Numbered from the stretch's first letter, positions 1 to 9,189 are shown. The stretch is 27,956 nt of DNA from Thermofilaceae archaeon (GCA_038727095.1 JAVYWK010000024.1:1-27956), one strand, 5' to 3'. Program-made: numbers and translations. The notes: generated by a model from the letters alone, not told the origin.

Positions 1-170
1 GCATCCCACTCCGGGTTCTGCTCGTTCCACGATGATGGCACGTAAATGACGCTGGTAGCATCGAACCTCCTGTACCACCCCAGCCCCTCCCCCTCATCCG
101 AGGGGTCGAGCTTAAACCTCCAGAAACCACTCAGATCCAGTTTAGGCCTGTAATCGACCTTCACATTCAC
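1..170 (-). CDS. Glycoside hydrolase family 2 (beta-glucuronidase/beta-galactosidase-like), N-terminal fragment running off the window
   Basis: Not in the ORF track. Manual translation from GTG at 170 gives VNVKVDYRPKLDLSGFWRFKLDPSDEGEGLGWYRRFDATSVIYVPSSWNEQNPEWD, open to the window edge. L-x-G-x-W-x-F-x-x-D and VPSSWNE are typical of the GH2 N-terminal domain. Confidence 0.85.
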   Translation of the reverse strand, partial: MNVKVDYRPKLDLSGFWRFKLDPSDEGEGLGWYRRFDATSVIYVPSSWNEQNPEWD

Positions 171-274
171 CAGGAGGAGCACCGCGGTACTATAGCTTTC
201 CGGCGAACCTGCGAAAACACCGGAGGCATCTGAGGGGGTTCAATTCGCGCAGTTGATGCTCTGAATGTTCAGCC

Positions 275-291
275 TACAGTTTTAAACTGTA
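275..291. promoter_or_regulatory. 17-bp palindrome TACAGTTT-T-AAACTGTA containing the TATA box (TTTTAAA) of the MFS gene
   Basis: Perfect 8-bp arms with a 1-nt spacer. The TATA-like core at 280-286 lies about 22 nt upstream of GTG 308. Confidence 0.6.
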
Positions 292-307
292 TGGGGCGTG
301 GTGGGGT

Positions 308-1495
308 GTGCTTAAGCGCAAGGGTAGGCTGGGCAGGAACGCTAAGTGGCTGCTCGTAACGGAGTTGGGCTGGTCGATCCCGATGCCCTCTGTCTTCTAC
401 TACCAAGCCCTCTACATGACGGCTTTGGGATTCCGGGAGGTTGAGTACGGGCTTCTGATGAGCGTTTCGAGGGGCTTCTCGATCCTGGCTCCTCTCACCG
501 CCGTCCCCGTGGCATCCAGGCTGGGCTTCAAGAGGGCCTTCTTAGTGCTGGATTTGCTGGCGAACGTGGGCATCCTCTCCCCCCTCATCATAGGAAGGCG
601 CGAGCTCCTACCGTTGGCTTTCGTGGCCAGCTCGCTGCTCTCCGCTTCAGGAATCCTCTGGGAGGTGCTCCTCGTAACGGGAACCGATGAGGAGGCTCTG
701 GTGACCGCTTACTCGGTACCGTCGGTGATCTACATCGCTGGCAGCTCGCTCCCACCTTTAGCGGGGATGGTGATGGAGCGGATGGGGATCGTGGAGGGCT
801 ACAGGCTCGTCGCCTTCGCTGCTCTCGCCAGCTTCCTGGCTAAAACAGCCGTCCTCGCCCTCGCTCTGGAGGAGCCCCGCGAAGGAGCCCCTAGGGATGG
901 TATAAGCCGGCCCAGCTTCACACGATCGATCAAGGCGGTTCTCTCGGATAGGAGCGCGAGCATGCTCCTGCTTTACTTCGTGCTGTCCTCGATCCTCTAC
1001 TCGGTCTTCGGTTACCTCTCCCTATACCTGCACGACGAGAGGGGGGCTAGGATGAGCGTCGAGGAGGCCGGCTTCGTCTCAACGATCTCATCGCTTGTTT
1101 CCCTGCTAGCCGTCCTAACGGTCACTGTGAGGCCGCCCAACCCGCTCAGGTACCTGATCCTATCGGCCGCCGCTGGATCGCTGGCGTACACGCTCTTCTC
1201 GCTGTCGAGCGTGGTGCCCCGGCTCGCGTTTGCCGCTGCCGCGTTATCGGGGTTGCGCGGGGCTGAGTTCTCCGTTTCGAGGGCTCTGTTCATCACCCTG
1301 CTGGGCGGGGGGGCCGTGGAGAGGGGGCACGCGATAACACTCTCATACACGCTCAGCAGCATCGTCAGCGTCCCAGCGCCAGCGCTAGCGGGGCTCCTCT
1401 ACAGCTTCCACCCCGTCACCATCTGGCTTCTCGCGCTGGGAGCTACGCTCACGCAGATCGCAACTCTAGCCATGCTGGGAAAGCCGCGCCAGTGA
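308..1495 (+). CDS. MFS transporter
   Basis: 395 aa with about 12 hydrophobic segments in two halves and a polar central linker (EEPREGAPRDG). ASRLGFKR resembles MFS motif A, and PxxAG motifs occur late in each half. Confidence 0.8.
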   Translation: MLKRKGRLGRNAKWLLVTELGWSIPMPSVFYYQALYMTALGFREVEYGLLMSVSRGFSILAPLTAVPVASRLGFKRAFLVLDLLANVGILSPLIIGRRELLPLAFVASSLLSASGILWEVLLVTGTDEEALVTAYSVPSVIYIAGSSLPPLAGMVMERMGIVEGYRLVAFAALASFLAKTAVLALALEEPREGAPRDGISRPSFTRSIKAVLSDRSASMLLLYFVLSSILYSVFGYLSLYLHDERGARMSVEEAGFVSTISSLVSLLAVLTVTVRPPNPLRYLILSAAAGSLAYTLFSLSSVVPRLAFAAAALSGLRGAEFSVSRALFITLLGGGAVERGHAITLSYTLSSIVSVPAPALAGLLYSFHPVTIWLLALGATLTQIATLAMLGKPRQ

Positions 1496-1714
1496 ACATG
1501 GGACGTACTCGATTTTCAGCGAGAAACGCACGTAAGCCTCAAGCGGCGAAAACCCTACAACTGTTAAGCCGAAAGTTCTCTAACGATTGTCGAACAGTGT
1601 TGCATTGCGGCACGAACTTCTCGATGAGGTTGCCCAGAAGGGGCGAGGGGTTGCGCTTGATACGATGAGTGGGGAAGCGCTGGCGTAAGTATCAAGGTTA
1701 AACCGGTAGCGCAG

Positions 1715-2443
1715 CTACTCTAGGCCCCATTTAAGCTTGAACTTCGTTAACAGGGCAGTAGTGATTGTCCAGGCAGCGAGGCTGGCTAGGGAGAGGGGGA
1801 TTGGGTAAGCGTATGCCTGCATCGTTGTCGCTCTACCCAGGTCGACTAGAACGGTTGTCGGAACTGCGATGCAAGCTGCGCGTAAAGGTTCGGGGAGCAT
1901 TAAAGGTGTGTAGTAGACGGGGGGCAGCATCGTTGTAAGAGTTGCCAGCGGGTTTGTTACAGCGGAAACGTTCATGGGGTTTTTCAGTCTTAAAACTATC
2001 GAGAGGGAGAGGAATAGCCCTAGGAACGTGCCCAGAATCGATAGGAGGATGACTAGAGCAAGACCCTGAAGGCTCACGCCGGTTAATGCTGCTAGTAGGA
2101 GGGCTAAGGGAAGCTCGCTGGCGAAGAAAGGTAGGAATGCGCCGATCAAGGAGCCCAACATGTACTCTAGGGGGTTCAAGGGTGATGCAACCATCTTCTC
2201 GTATTCGAAGGATACCTTGTCCCAACCGATAGATTGAGCTGCGATGTTCAAGCCTATGTTCCAGCCGCTTACCACTAGGAGGACTACCACCATGTGCTTT
2301 AAGGCTTCAACTCCTCCCCATAGACCGAAGATTGCTATAAGGCCCAGTGTAGCCACTACGGATTGCGCCAGCCACATCCACTGCCTCTTGAACAGCACAA
2401 ACTGCCTAAAAGCTACGCCCTGGATCCTCCAAACCCACCCCAT
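1715..2443 (-). CDS. ABC-2 type exporter permease
   Basis: 242 aa with about 6 TM segments. DKVSFEYEKMVASPL and PPVYYTPLMLPEPLR...PTT match ABC-2 signatures. It directly follows the ATPase gene. Confidence 0.85.
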   Translation of the reverse strand: MGWVWRIQGVAFRQFVLFKRQWMWLAQSVVATLGLIAIFGLWGGVEALKHMVVVLLVVSGWNIGLNIAAQSIGWDKVSFEYEKMVASPLNPLEYMLGSLIGAFLPFFASELPLALLLAALTGVSLQGLALVILLSILGTFLGLFLSLSIVLRLKNPMNVSAVTNPLATLTTMLPPVYYTPLMLPEPLRAACIAVPTTVLVDLGRATTMQAYAYPIPLSLASLAAWTITTALLTKFKLKWGLE

Positions 2444-3337
2444 CTACCTCACCCTCACCGCGTACAGGTAGATATCCTCCAGGTCAACTTCACGCACCTC
2501 ATAGATAGTCAGCTTTAGCTCACTAAGCGAGCTGAAAAGTTCATCCCTCGCCTTCGCGTAGATCACCACCTTGTCGCCTAGATCGAGGTGTGGCAGGCCC
2601 TCTAGATCCCCGTTGCCTCTATCAGCGATCGCCTTGTGCTTCCAGGGAAACGCTTCAAGCAGAGCGGAGGGCTTTCCCGAGAGAACTGTCCTACCAGCGT
2701 TAATGAAGAAAACCTCATCAGCAGCTAGCTGAGCCTCAGATAGGTTGTGCGTAGTCATGAAAACCGTAGCGCCTTTCGCGGCCGCCCTCCTGATAACCCT
2801 GAGCACCTCGTACCTCCCCTCAACGTCTATGCCCGTCGTCGGTTCATCCAGGAAGTAGACCTCTGCTGGCTCCGCTAGGACAGACGCGACGACGGCCCTC
2901 CTCTTTTCCCCACCGCTGAGCACCCACAACCTCCTACTCCTTATCTCCCAGAGACCCAACTCTTCCAGCCACTCCCGAGCGGCTCTTTTAGCCTCGAAGT
3001 AGCTAAACCCCCTAATCATGAGTGAAGCCACAACAAGCTCCTCCGGTGTCAAATCCCCGCTAACCCCGTAGCCCTGCGGCAGGTACGCCACTCTCCTCCT
3101 CACCTCCCGGAACTCCCTCACAACATCGAAGCCGCAAACTCGAGCCCAACCCTTGTCCGGCTTATAGTACGTTGTTAGAATCCTCGTCGTAGTAGTCTTA
3201 CCGGCGCCGTTAGGTCCTGCAAGAACAGCTACGGATCCAGCTTTCACGGAGAATGTGATTTCTCTGACCCCCCAAGTCTCACCAAACCGCTTACCCAACT
3301 CGACCGCTTCTACGCCCACCCTTACCGCACCCCTCAA
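2444..3337 (-). CDS. ABC exporter ATP-binding protein (multidrug/DrrA-like); true start is more likely GTG at 3319
   Basis: Walker A GPNGAGKT, signature LSGGE, Walker B YFLDEPT and H-loop TTH. TATA TTTATAT at 3355-3349 is too close to TTG 3337 but fits in-frame GTG 3319. Confidence 0.92.
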   Translation of the reverse strand: MRGAVRVGVEAVELGKRFGETWGVREITFSVKAGSVAVLAGPNGAGKTTTTRILTTYYKPDKGWARVCGFDVVREFREVRRRVAYLPQGYGVSGDLTPEELVVASLMIRGFSYFEAKRAAREWLEELGLWEIRSRRLWVLSGGEKRRAVVASVLAEPAEVYFLDEPTTGIDVEGRYEVLRVIRRAAAKGATVFMTTHNLSEAQLAADEVFFINAGRTVLSGKPSALLEAFPWKHKAIADRGNGDLEGLPHLDLGDKVVIYAKARDELFSSLSELKLTIYEVREVDLEDIYLYAVRVR

Positions 3338-3846
3338 TCCGACTATACATATAAACTTTCCCTTACATAAAACCAGCCTTATATTTGATTAGCAACCGAG
3401 CAGCGTTCAGTGAAAAATCGGGTAGCTTTTTCGACAAAGCTTGCGGAAATCGCTACATGTCCTTCGAAACTCAAACAAAATCGGGTTTGATAGCTCCTAT
3501 TTTCTATTCACAGATTAAAAAGCCGGTCACTTGGGCTCGGTTGTGCTCGGTAGGCCCGCTCACCGGCATTACTAGAGCGGGTTTTGCTGTCAACACGCTT
3601 AGAACTGTTAGCATTGATAGTTGGGTGTTACTCTATGATGCTCAAGGGATAAGTAAGACGATAGATAGACACGTAAGTTTTCCTTTTAAATGCATATAAT
3701 GAAGATGAACATTTTATGTGCAAGCAATTATACAAACTTTATGATAATTAAAAATTTATACTAACATTTACTTTTATTGAATAAGTTTGAAAGTATATTC
3801 TTTAAATATTTGTTAATAATTTTGCTTAAATTTCTCATCAGCAAGC

Positions 3847-3870
3847 TTTATAAGGAACAACCTTGCAAGG
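3847..3870 (+). promoter_or_regulatory. TATA box (TTTATAAG, 3847-3854) plus 10-bp palindrome CCTTGCAAGG (3861-3870) upstream of the SBP gene
   Basis: The TATA ends about 22 nt before ATG 3877, consistent with a leaderless transcript. It is preceded by about 170 bp of very AT-rich DNA. Confidence 0.6.
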
Positions 3871-3876
3871 CATTAC

Positions 3877-5271
3877 ATGAACGCGAAAAAAGCGTTCCTT
3901 ATCGTGATTCTCGTATCGGTTGCACTAGTTCTCGCGCCTAGCTATGCAAGCCCTGAAGTAAAACCGGATCCAAACGTAAAGTACGAAGATACACTCGTCA
4001 TAATCACACCTACGCAAGCTGACCTGCTTAACGCTGTTGTACAAGGTTTCAAGGATTACGTGAAGAGGGAGCTGGATTTTGATCTCAACGTGCAATTGAT
4101 CCGTGTTGGGTCTCCAGAGGCGATGAACAGGATTATAGCGTGGGCTGGACGACCTGAAGCTGACATATTCTATGGGGGTGATATAATCTACCACTGGAAG
4201 CTGAAAAGCCTAGGTCTTTTGGAATCCTACAAGCCGCGATCCCCGTATTATGACAGGTTGCCGAGCAGTTATCGGGGCCTCCCCATAAAGGATCCCGATG
4301 AAATGTGGCATCCAAAGCTTTGGTGGGGGCACGGCTTCATGTACAACACTGAGGTTCTAAGAAGATTCAACTTGGAGCCTCCGAAGAGCTGGGATGAACT
4401 GTTGGATCCGAAGTGGGAGGATTTGATCGTGATGTGCACTCCCTCCAGGTCGTCGTCAACCTACATCAACGTGATGATAATCATCCAGAACAGGGGGTGG
4501 GATGAAGGTTGGGGCTACTGGAGGCGGCTTGCAGCGAATGTTGGCGCTTTTGTCCCTAGAAGCCACGATGTGCTAGAGCTCGTCTCAAAGGGTGAGTACG
4601 CGGTTGGCTTCATCTACGCGCAGGGTGTCGTGCTGAACAAGGCGAAAGGCTATCCCGTTGCAGTGTTCATGGATCCAACCGGCTTCATCGTCAGTGGAGT
4701 CTCGCTCTTGAAGGGTGCACCCCACCCCAACATCGCTAAGCTCTTCCTGGACTGGTGGTACACGCCTGAAGCTCAGAGCATAGCGCTCAGGTTCGGCGGT
4801 ATCCCCGTGCTCCCAGAAGTGGTCATAGAAGGAGAAGAAGGCACTCCAGGCGCCATACTGAAGGAGTACATGGGTGGTAAACGCAACGTGTACGAGTACC
4901 TCGACACGTTCGCAAACGTCAGGTTCTACAACTTCACATTCGCCGAGCAGGCATTTGCCAACGTTAGTAAGATTTTCGACGATACGATAGTCGCACGTCA
5001 CAACGAGCTAAAGGAGGCGTGGAAAACGATTCGTTCGGTGGAGGAGACTGTTGAGGGCATCTCAGCTGCAGAGGAGAAGCTAAAGTCGGCCGTCAAGGCA
5101 TTCGATGCGGGCGATTACGCCACAGCTAAATCTTTAGCTCTAGAGGCTGAGCAAGTAGCTGCTGGAGAAAGAGCGAGGATACAGATGATGACGCAGGCAG
5201 CAATAGTAATCGTTGTTATCGCGGTAATAGCTGCTGCGGTATTCGTCGTAGTGAGGCGTAAGCGCAAGTGA
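3877..5271 (+). CDS. ABC importer solute-binding protein, AfuA/FbpA-like, with signal peptide and C-terminal membrane anchor
   Basis: N-terminal signal peptide. PEADIFYGG, YNTEVL..PPKSWDELLDPKW, TPSRSSST, GEYAVG and LLKGAPHPNIAKLFLDW are typical of this SBP class. Ends in a TM helix plus RRKRK. Confidence 0.88.
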   Translation: MNAKKAFLIVILVSVALVLAPSYASPEVKPDPNVKYEDTLVIITPTQADLLNAVVQGFKDYVKRELDFDLNVQLIRVGSPEAMNRIIAWAGRPEADIFYGGDIIYHWKLKSLGLLESYKPRSPYYDRLPSSYRGLPIKDPDEMWHPKLWWGHGFMYNTEVLRRFNLEPPKSWDELLDPKWEDLIVMCTPSRSSSTYINVMIIIQNRGWDEGWGYWRRLAANVGAFVPRSHDVLELVSKGEYAVGFIYAQGVVLNKAKGYPVAVFMDPTGFIVSGVSLLKGAPHPNIAKLFLDWWYTPEAQSIALRFGGIPVLPEVVIEGEEGTPGAILKEYMGGKRNVYEYLDTFANVRFYNFTFAEQAFANVSKIFDDTIVARHNELKEAWKTIRSVEETVEGISAAEEKLKSAVKAFDAGDYATAKSLALEAEQVAAGERARIQMMTQAAIVIVVIAVIAAAVFVVVRRKRK

Positions 5272-5302
5272 ACTGTATTAGTAATGGTAAATATACCCTC
5301 CA

Positions 5303-5314
5303 TTTTTCCCTTTT
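5303..5314 (+). terminator. Oligo-T tract after the SBP gene (possible partial terminator)
   Basis: TTTTTCCCTTTT lies between the SBP stop and the AGGTGA SD of the ATPase. Confidence 0.35.
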
Positions 5315-5335
5315 AAGTGATAAGGTGAATACCCC

Positions 5336-6403
5336 ATGGTTAGAGTGTCCGTTAGAAACCTCTGGATGAGGTTCGGAGATGTCACAGCCTTGAAGAATAT
5401 CAGCCTTGAAGTAAATGAGGGAGAGCTGGTCACTCTTCTGGGGCCGAGTGGATGCGGGAAGACTACACTGCTTAGGATTATCGCCGGGCTCTATAAACCG
5501 ACGAGCGGGAGGGTTTATTTCGATAATGAGGATGTAACTGATAAACCTCCATGGGAGAGGAACGTTGGCCTTGTTTTTCAGGATTACGCGCTCTGGCCTC
5601 ACATGACGGTCTTCGACAACATAGTTTATGGGCTTAAAAGGCGCGGTGTACCTAAGAGCGAGATTAATGAACGAGTAGAGAATGTTTCCTCACTCTTGGG
5701 AATCTCGGAGCTTCTCAAGCGCTACCCTCACCAGTTGAGTGGAGGGCAGCAACAGAGAGTAGCTCTGGCCAGGGCTCTAGTGATCAACCCGAGTGTCCTA
5801 CTGCTGGATGAACCGTTGAGCAACCTTGACGCTAAGATACGCGTTAACGTTCGGACAGAGATAAGGAAGCTACAGAAGAAGCTTAAGATCACCACCATCT
5901 ACGTCACCCACGATCAGGAGGAGGCGCTGGTGCTCTCGGATCGCGTAGCCGTCATGAGGATGGGGGAGGTGGAACAGGTAGGAACACCCTTCGAAGTGTA
6001 CTACAACCCAGGGAGCGCATATGTCGCCGATTTCATCGGCCAAGTGAACATGCTTCAGGGAGAGGTACGCTCCACGCGTGAGGGTGAGGTACTCCTCGAA
6101 ACTGCAATTGGACCTCTGCTAGCTCGCAGCTACGATGCCTTCCAGCCCGGATCCAAGGCTTATGCTGTCTTTAGGCCAGAATACGTCGAAGTTCTGAGAG
6201 AGCCAAGTGACGATTTCAATGCGTTCCAGGGGGTCGTTGATGTCATCCAGTTTCTAGGGAACATGGTTAGAGTAGAGGTTCGCATAAACGATGTACCACT
6301 GAAGGTGGAGATACACAAGCCGCTCAATTTCAAGCTGCCTCAAGTTGAGGAGAGAATCTACTTAAGGGTGCCTCCTGAGCATATAAGAGTCCTATCAAGA
6401 TAG
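5336..6403 (+). CDS. ABC importer ATP-binding protein (PotA/AfuC/FbpC type) with C-terminal TOBE-like domain
   Basis: GPSGCGKT, FQDYALWPHM, LSGGQQQR, LLLDEPLSNLDA and YVTHDQEEA. SD AGGTGA upstream. Confidence 0.95.
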   Translation: MVRVSVRNLWMRFGDVTALKNISLEVNEGELVTLLGPSGCGKTTLLRIIAGLYKPTSGRVYFDNEDVTDKPPWERNVGLVFQDYALWPHMTVFDNIVYGLKRRGVPKSEINERVENVSSLLGISELLKRYPHQLSGGQQQRVALARALVINPSVLLLDEPLSNLDAKIRVNVRTEIRKLQKKLKITTIYVTHDQEEALVLSDRVAVMRMGEVEQVGTPFEVYYNPGSAYVADFIGQVNMLQGEVRSTREGEVLLETAIGPLLARSYDAFQPGSKAYAVFRPEYVEVLREPSDDFNAFQGVVDVIQFLGNMVRVEVRINDVPLKVEIHKPLNFKLPQVEERIYLRVPPEHIRVLSR

Positions 6404-8056
6404 GTGCGATTGATGCGCATTCGCGTATCCTTCTTCGATATTGTCAGGATTCTGTTGCTAGCTTACGTGCTGCTCTTCATATTGTATCCTCTGGCCTACT
6501 TTACCTTTAACGTCATCTCGCCGGGTGGTCTGCGGGAGTTTATCAACACGGTGACGTCCCCTCTTTTCATCTCTTTACTCCGTAACTCGATCTTCGTATC
6601 TCTCTCCGTTACTGCGTTAACGCTGCTAATTGGAGTACCATACGCGTACTCGCTGCACAGGTACAAGATAAGAGGGAAGGAGTTAGTCTTAGCATTAACC
6701 TTCCTTCCAGTCATGGTGCCACCCTTCGTGGGAGCCCTCTCTCTAATCTTCCTTCTCGGCAGGTTTGGAACAATCAATCTGCTACTACTGGAGGCGGGTC
6801 TCATCAGTAGACCTATTAATTTCCTCTACGGGCTCCATGGAGTCATCCTTGTGGAGACGCTGACTCTCTTCCCCTGGATGGCGATCAACGTGTACAACAG
6901 CTTACTGAAAATCGATCGGTCGCTCGAAGAAGCTGCGGAGAGCCTCGGCGCCACTCCGTTGACGAGGTTTTCTACCGTGACACTTCCCCTTATAGCACCG
7001 GGCGTTCTAACTGGTGTCTTCATGATCTTCTCGTTCTCGTTCACAGACTACGCGACGCCGATAGTCGTCGGTCAATACCAACTGCTGGCCCCTCAGGCTT
7101 TCATCAACGTTCAGCAAGCAATCAGCGAGGAGCGCGTCCGCATTGGAAGCTACATCGTTTTCTTTATGCTAGTAGTGGTTCTCGCCGTGTTTTTCGCGAT
7201 GAGGAAATACATAAGGTTGAGGGAATACGCCAGCTTGAGGATCCCCAGGCCCGTTGAAGAGCTGAGTCTCTCCGGGGTTAGGGGCGCGGCAGTCTCTTTT
7301 GGAGTATATACGATGCTGGCGCTCAGCCTCCTTCCCCACATCTACGCATTCATCATCAGCCTCTCAAGGATCTGGAGCTTTTCCCCGTTCCCAACAGCTT
7401 ACACTCTTGATAACTTCGTAAAAATCCTCACGGCGACTGCTCCTTTAACCAACACTGCTGTCTACTCTTTCCTCGCAACTTTACTGTGCTTTGTTATAGG
7501 CTCCCTGAGCTCATACCTCGTGTTGAGAACCGAGAACCCCTTAAACTGGTTGATCGACTCGCTGTTATCGATCATGTTCATCGTCCCAGGCATCGTTGTT
7601 GGAATCAGTTACCTCTTTGCTTTCAGTTGGCGTATCCCCGTGCTGAACTTTATCGGGAGCACATGGATAATCATGCCACTGATGCTGGCAACGCGCAGGA
7701 TCACTTACACATTAAGGTACTCGTTTGCCACTCTCCTAACGATAAGGAGGAGTCTCGAGGAAGCAGCCTACGTGCTTGGAGAAAAGCCGTCACTAACCTT
7801 CCTCAAGATAGTGATGCCCAACGCCATATTTGGGATTCTAGCGGGCACGCTTTTCTCCTTCATCGAGATCATCAACGAACTGACAGCATCCCTCTTCATA
7901 TACAAGCCCGGGTGGGAGACGATAACCATACAGCTCTTCATCGAGATAACCTCTGGGCACCCATCCACAGCTGCAGCCTACGCCGTTCTACTCTTCGTAA
8001 TATCGGGCGTGTCTACTTTCATCGCGACACGCCTCGTAAAGCCCAGAAGAGTGTAG
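6404..8056 (+). CDS. ABC importer permease, fused two-domain FbpB/AfuB type; probable start ATG 6413
   Basis: 550 aa with about 12 TM segments and two EAA loops (SLEEAAESLGA and SLEEAAYVLGE). Confidence 0.92.
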   Translation: MRLMRIRVSFFDIVRILLLAYVLLFILYPLAYFTFNVISPGGLREFINTVTSPLFISLLRNSIFVSLSVTALTLLIGVPYAYSLHRYKIRGKELVLALTFLPVMVPPFVGALSLIFLLGRFGTINLLLLEAGLISRPINFLYGLHGVILVETLTLFPWMAINVYNSLLKIDRSLEEAAESLGATPLTRFSTVTLPLIAPGVLTGVFMIFSFSFTDYATPIVVGQYQLLAPQAFINVQQAISEERVRIGSYIVFFMLVVVLAVFFAMRKYIRLREYASLRIPRPVEELSLSGVRGAAVSFGVYTMLALSLLPHIYAFIISLSRIWSFSPFPTAYTLDNFVKILTATAPLTNTAVYSFLATLLCFVIGSLSSYLVLRTENPLNWLIDSLLSIMFIVPGIVVGISYLFAFSWRIPVLNFIGSTWIIMPLMLATRRITYTLRYSFATLLTIRRSLEEAAYVLGEKPSLTFLKIVMPNAIFGILAGTLFSFIEIINELTASLFIYKPGWETITIQLFIEITSGHPSTAAAYAVLLFVISGVSTFIATRLVKPRRV

Positions 8057-8193
8057 GCGTTTTTCTATCCGTTCCTCCGGTTTTCGACCCCACCACGGGA
8101 GCATTGCATTTCGAACCTATTCGTCCATCTGCACCATTCTAGCATATCTTTAAGTGAGGACAGATTAATAGCAATGGCCGTAGCGGCATATTC

Positions 8194-8916
8194 ATGCGTG
8201 TCAGCGATTTGCGGGGACGGTTCTTCATCGTTGCGCACAGGGGGGCGAGCGGCTACGAGCCTGAAAACACCCTGAGAGCGGTGCGGAGAGCCATCGAGAT
8301 GAGAGTCGATGCTGTAGAGGTTGACGTGAGGGTGAGCAGAGATGGAGTTCCCGTTGTGATACACGACGAGAGCTTGGAGAGGACTACGAGCGGGCGGGGC
8401 ATGGTCAAGGATATGACTGTGGCTGAGCTGAGGAAGCTGGACGCTGGTAAGGGTGAGAGAATTCCCTTGCTGGAGGAGGTTCTCGATGAGGTGAAGGGAA
8501 AAGTGGTGCTTTTCCTCGAGTTGAAGGAGGTGGAAGCTGTAGTGCCTTCGCTGCGCCTCGTAGAGGAGCGCAAGATGCTTGATCAAGTGCTATTCATCTC
8601 CTTCGATAAAGTAGCATTATCGACTGTTAAGGCGAGGGTGCCCGAGGCGCACATAGGCCTCATCTACGTTAGACCAGAGGGGGGAATTGTCGAGGCGAAG
8701 CGCTTGGGCTGCGAGTTCGTGCTTCCGCATTACCGGCTGGCGACGGAGAAGGCCGTCGCTTTCGCCCATAGGATGAAGCTGTTGGTTGTAGCCTGGACGG
8801 TGGACGATCCGGCGCTAGCGGCCGAGCTGAAAGGTAGGGGGGTGGACGGCGTCGCATCAAACTACCCTGACCTGATCATTCCGCTCCGTGGGTATACTGG
8901 TATATCGATACATTGA
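8194..8916 (+). CDS. Glycerophosphodiester phosphodiesterase (GDPD, UgpQ-like), cytoplasmic
   Basis: VAHRGASGYEPENT, VEVDV, VVIHD, LELK, WTVDD and GVDGVASNYP. No signal peptide. Confidence 0.95.
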   Translation: MRVSDLRGRFFIVAHRGASGYEPENTLRAVRRAIEMRVDAVEVDVRVSRDGVPVVIHDESLERTTSGRGMVKDMTVAELRKLDAGKGERIPLLEEVLDEVKGKVVLFLELKEVEAVVPSLRLVEERKMLDQVLFISFDKVALSTVKARVPEAHIGLIYVRPEGGIVEAKRLGCEFVLPHYRLATEKAVAFAHRMKLLVVAWTVDDPALAAELKGRGVDGVASNYPDLIIPLRGYTGISIH

Positions 8917-8930
8917 TATACCGGTACACC
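8891..8930. promoter_or_regulatory. 40-bp imperfect inverted repeat, probable vapBC operator/promoter
   Basis: GGTATACTGGTATATCGAT-AC-ATTGATATACCGGTACACC: 19-bp arms matching at 16/19 positions, ending 13 nt before vapB ATG 8944. Confidence 0.7.
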
Positions 8931-8940
8931 GCTTTCGCTC

Positions 8941-9189
8941 TTGATGGCGAAGAAGACTGTTGCAGTTACGGAGGAGACTTACAAGATCCTTGTAGAGTTG
9001 AAGCAGAAGATGGGTTGCAGAACGATGGATGAAACGGTGAGAAGGTTGGCGGAGCTCTCCAAAAGGGCTCTCGCCGTCGAAGCGCTGGAGCACGTGAGAA
9101 GCAAGCAGCTGAGCAGGGAGGAGGTTGAAGCTCTAGCTAAACTGAGAGAGAGACTGAGGGAGGAAGGTGTGTGGTTGAGAAGATCGTAG
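8941..9189 (+). CDS. vapB: VapB-type antitoxin (ribbon-helix-helix-like N-terminus); probable start ATG 8944
   Basis: 82 aa. KTVAVTEETYKILVELK...MDETVRRL fits a strand-helix-helix pattern, and the gene overlaps the downstream PIN gene. Confidence 0.8.
   Translation: MMAKKTVAVTEETYKILVELKQKMGCRTMDETVRRLAELSKRALAVEALEHVRSKQLSREEVEALAKLRERLREEGVWLRRS

Noticed and set aside
1498-1696. 56-codon ORF after the MFS gene (1498-1668) and an 8-bp inverted repeat CTTGATAC/GTATCAAG (1656-1696)
   Set aside because: The peptide has no recognisable features. The repeat is short with a 25-nt loop and no T-tract.
3385-3699. 104-aa ORF in the divergent intergenic region
   Set aside because: TTG start, no motif, atypical composition and no clear promoter or SD. 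Probably spurious.
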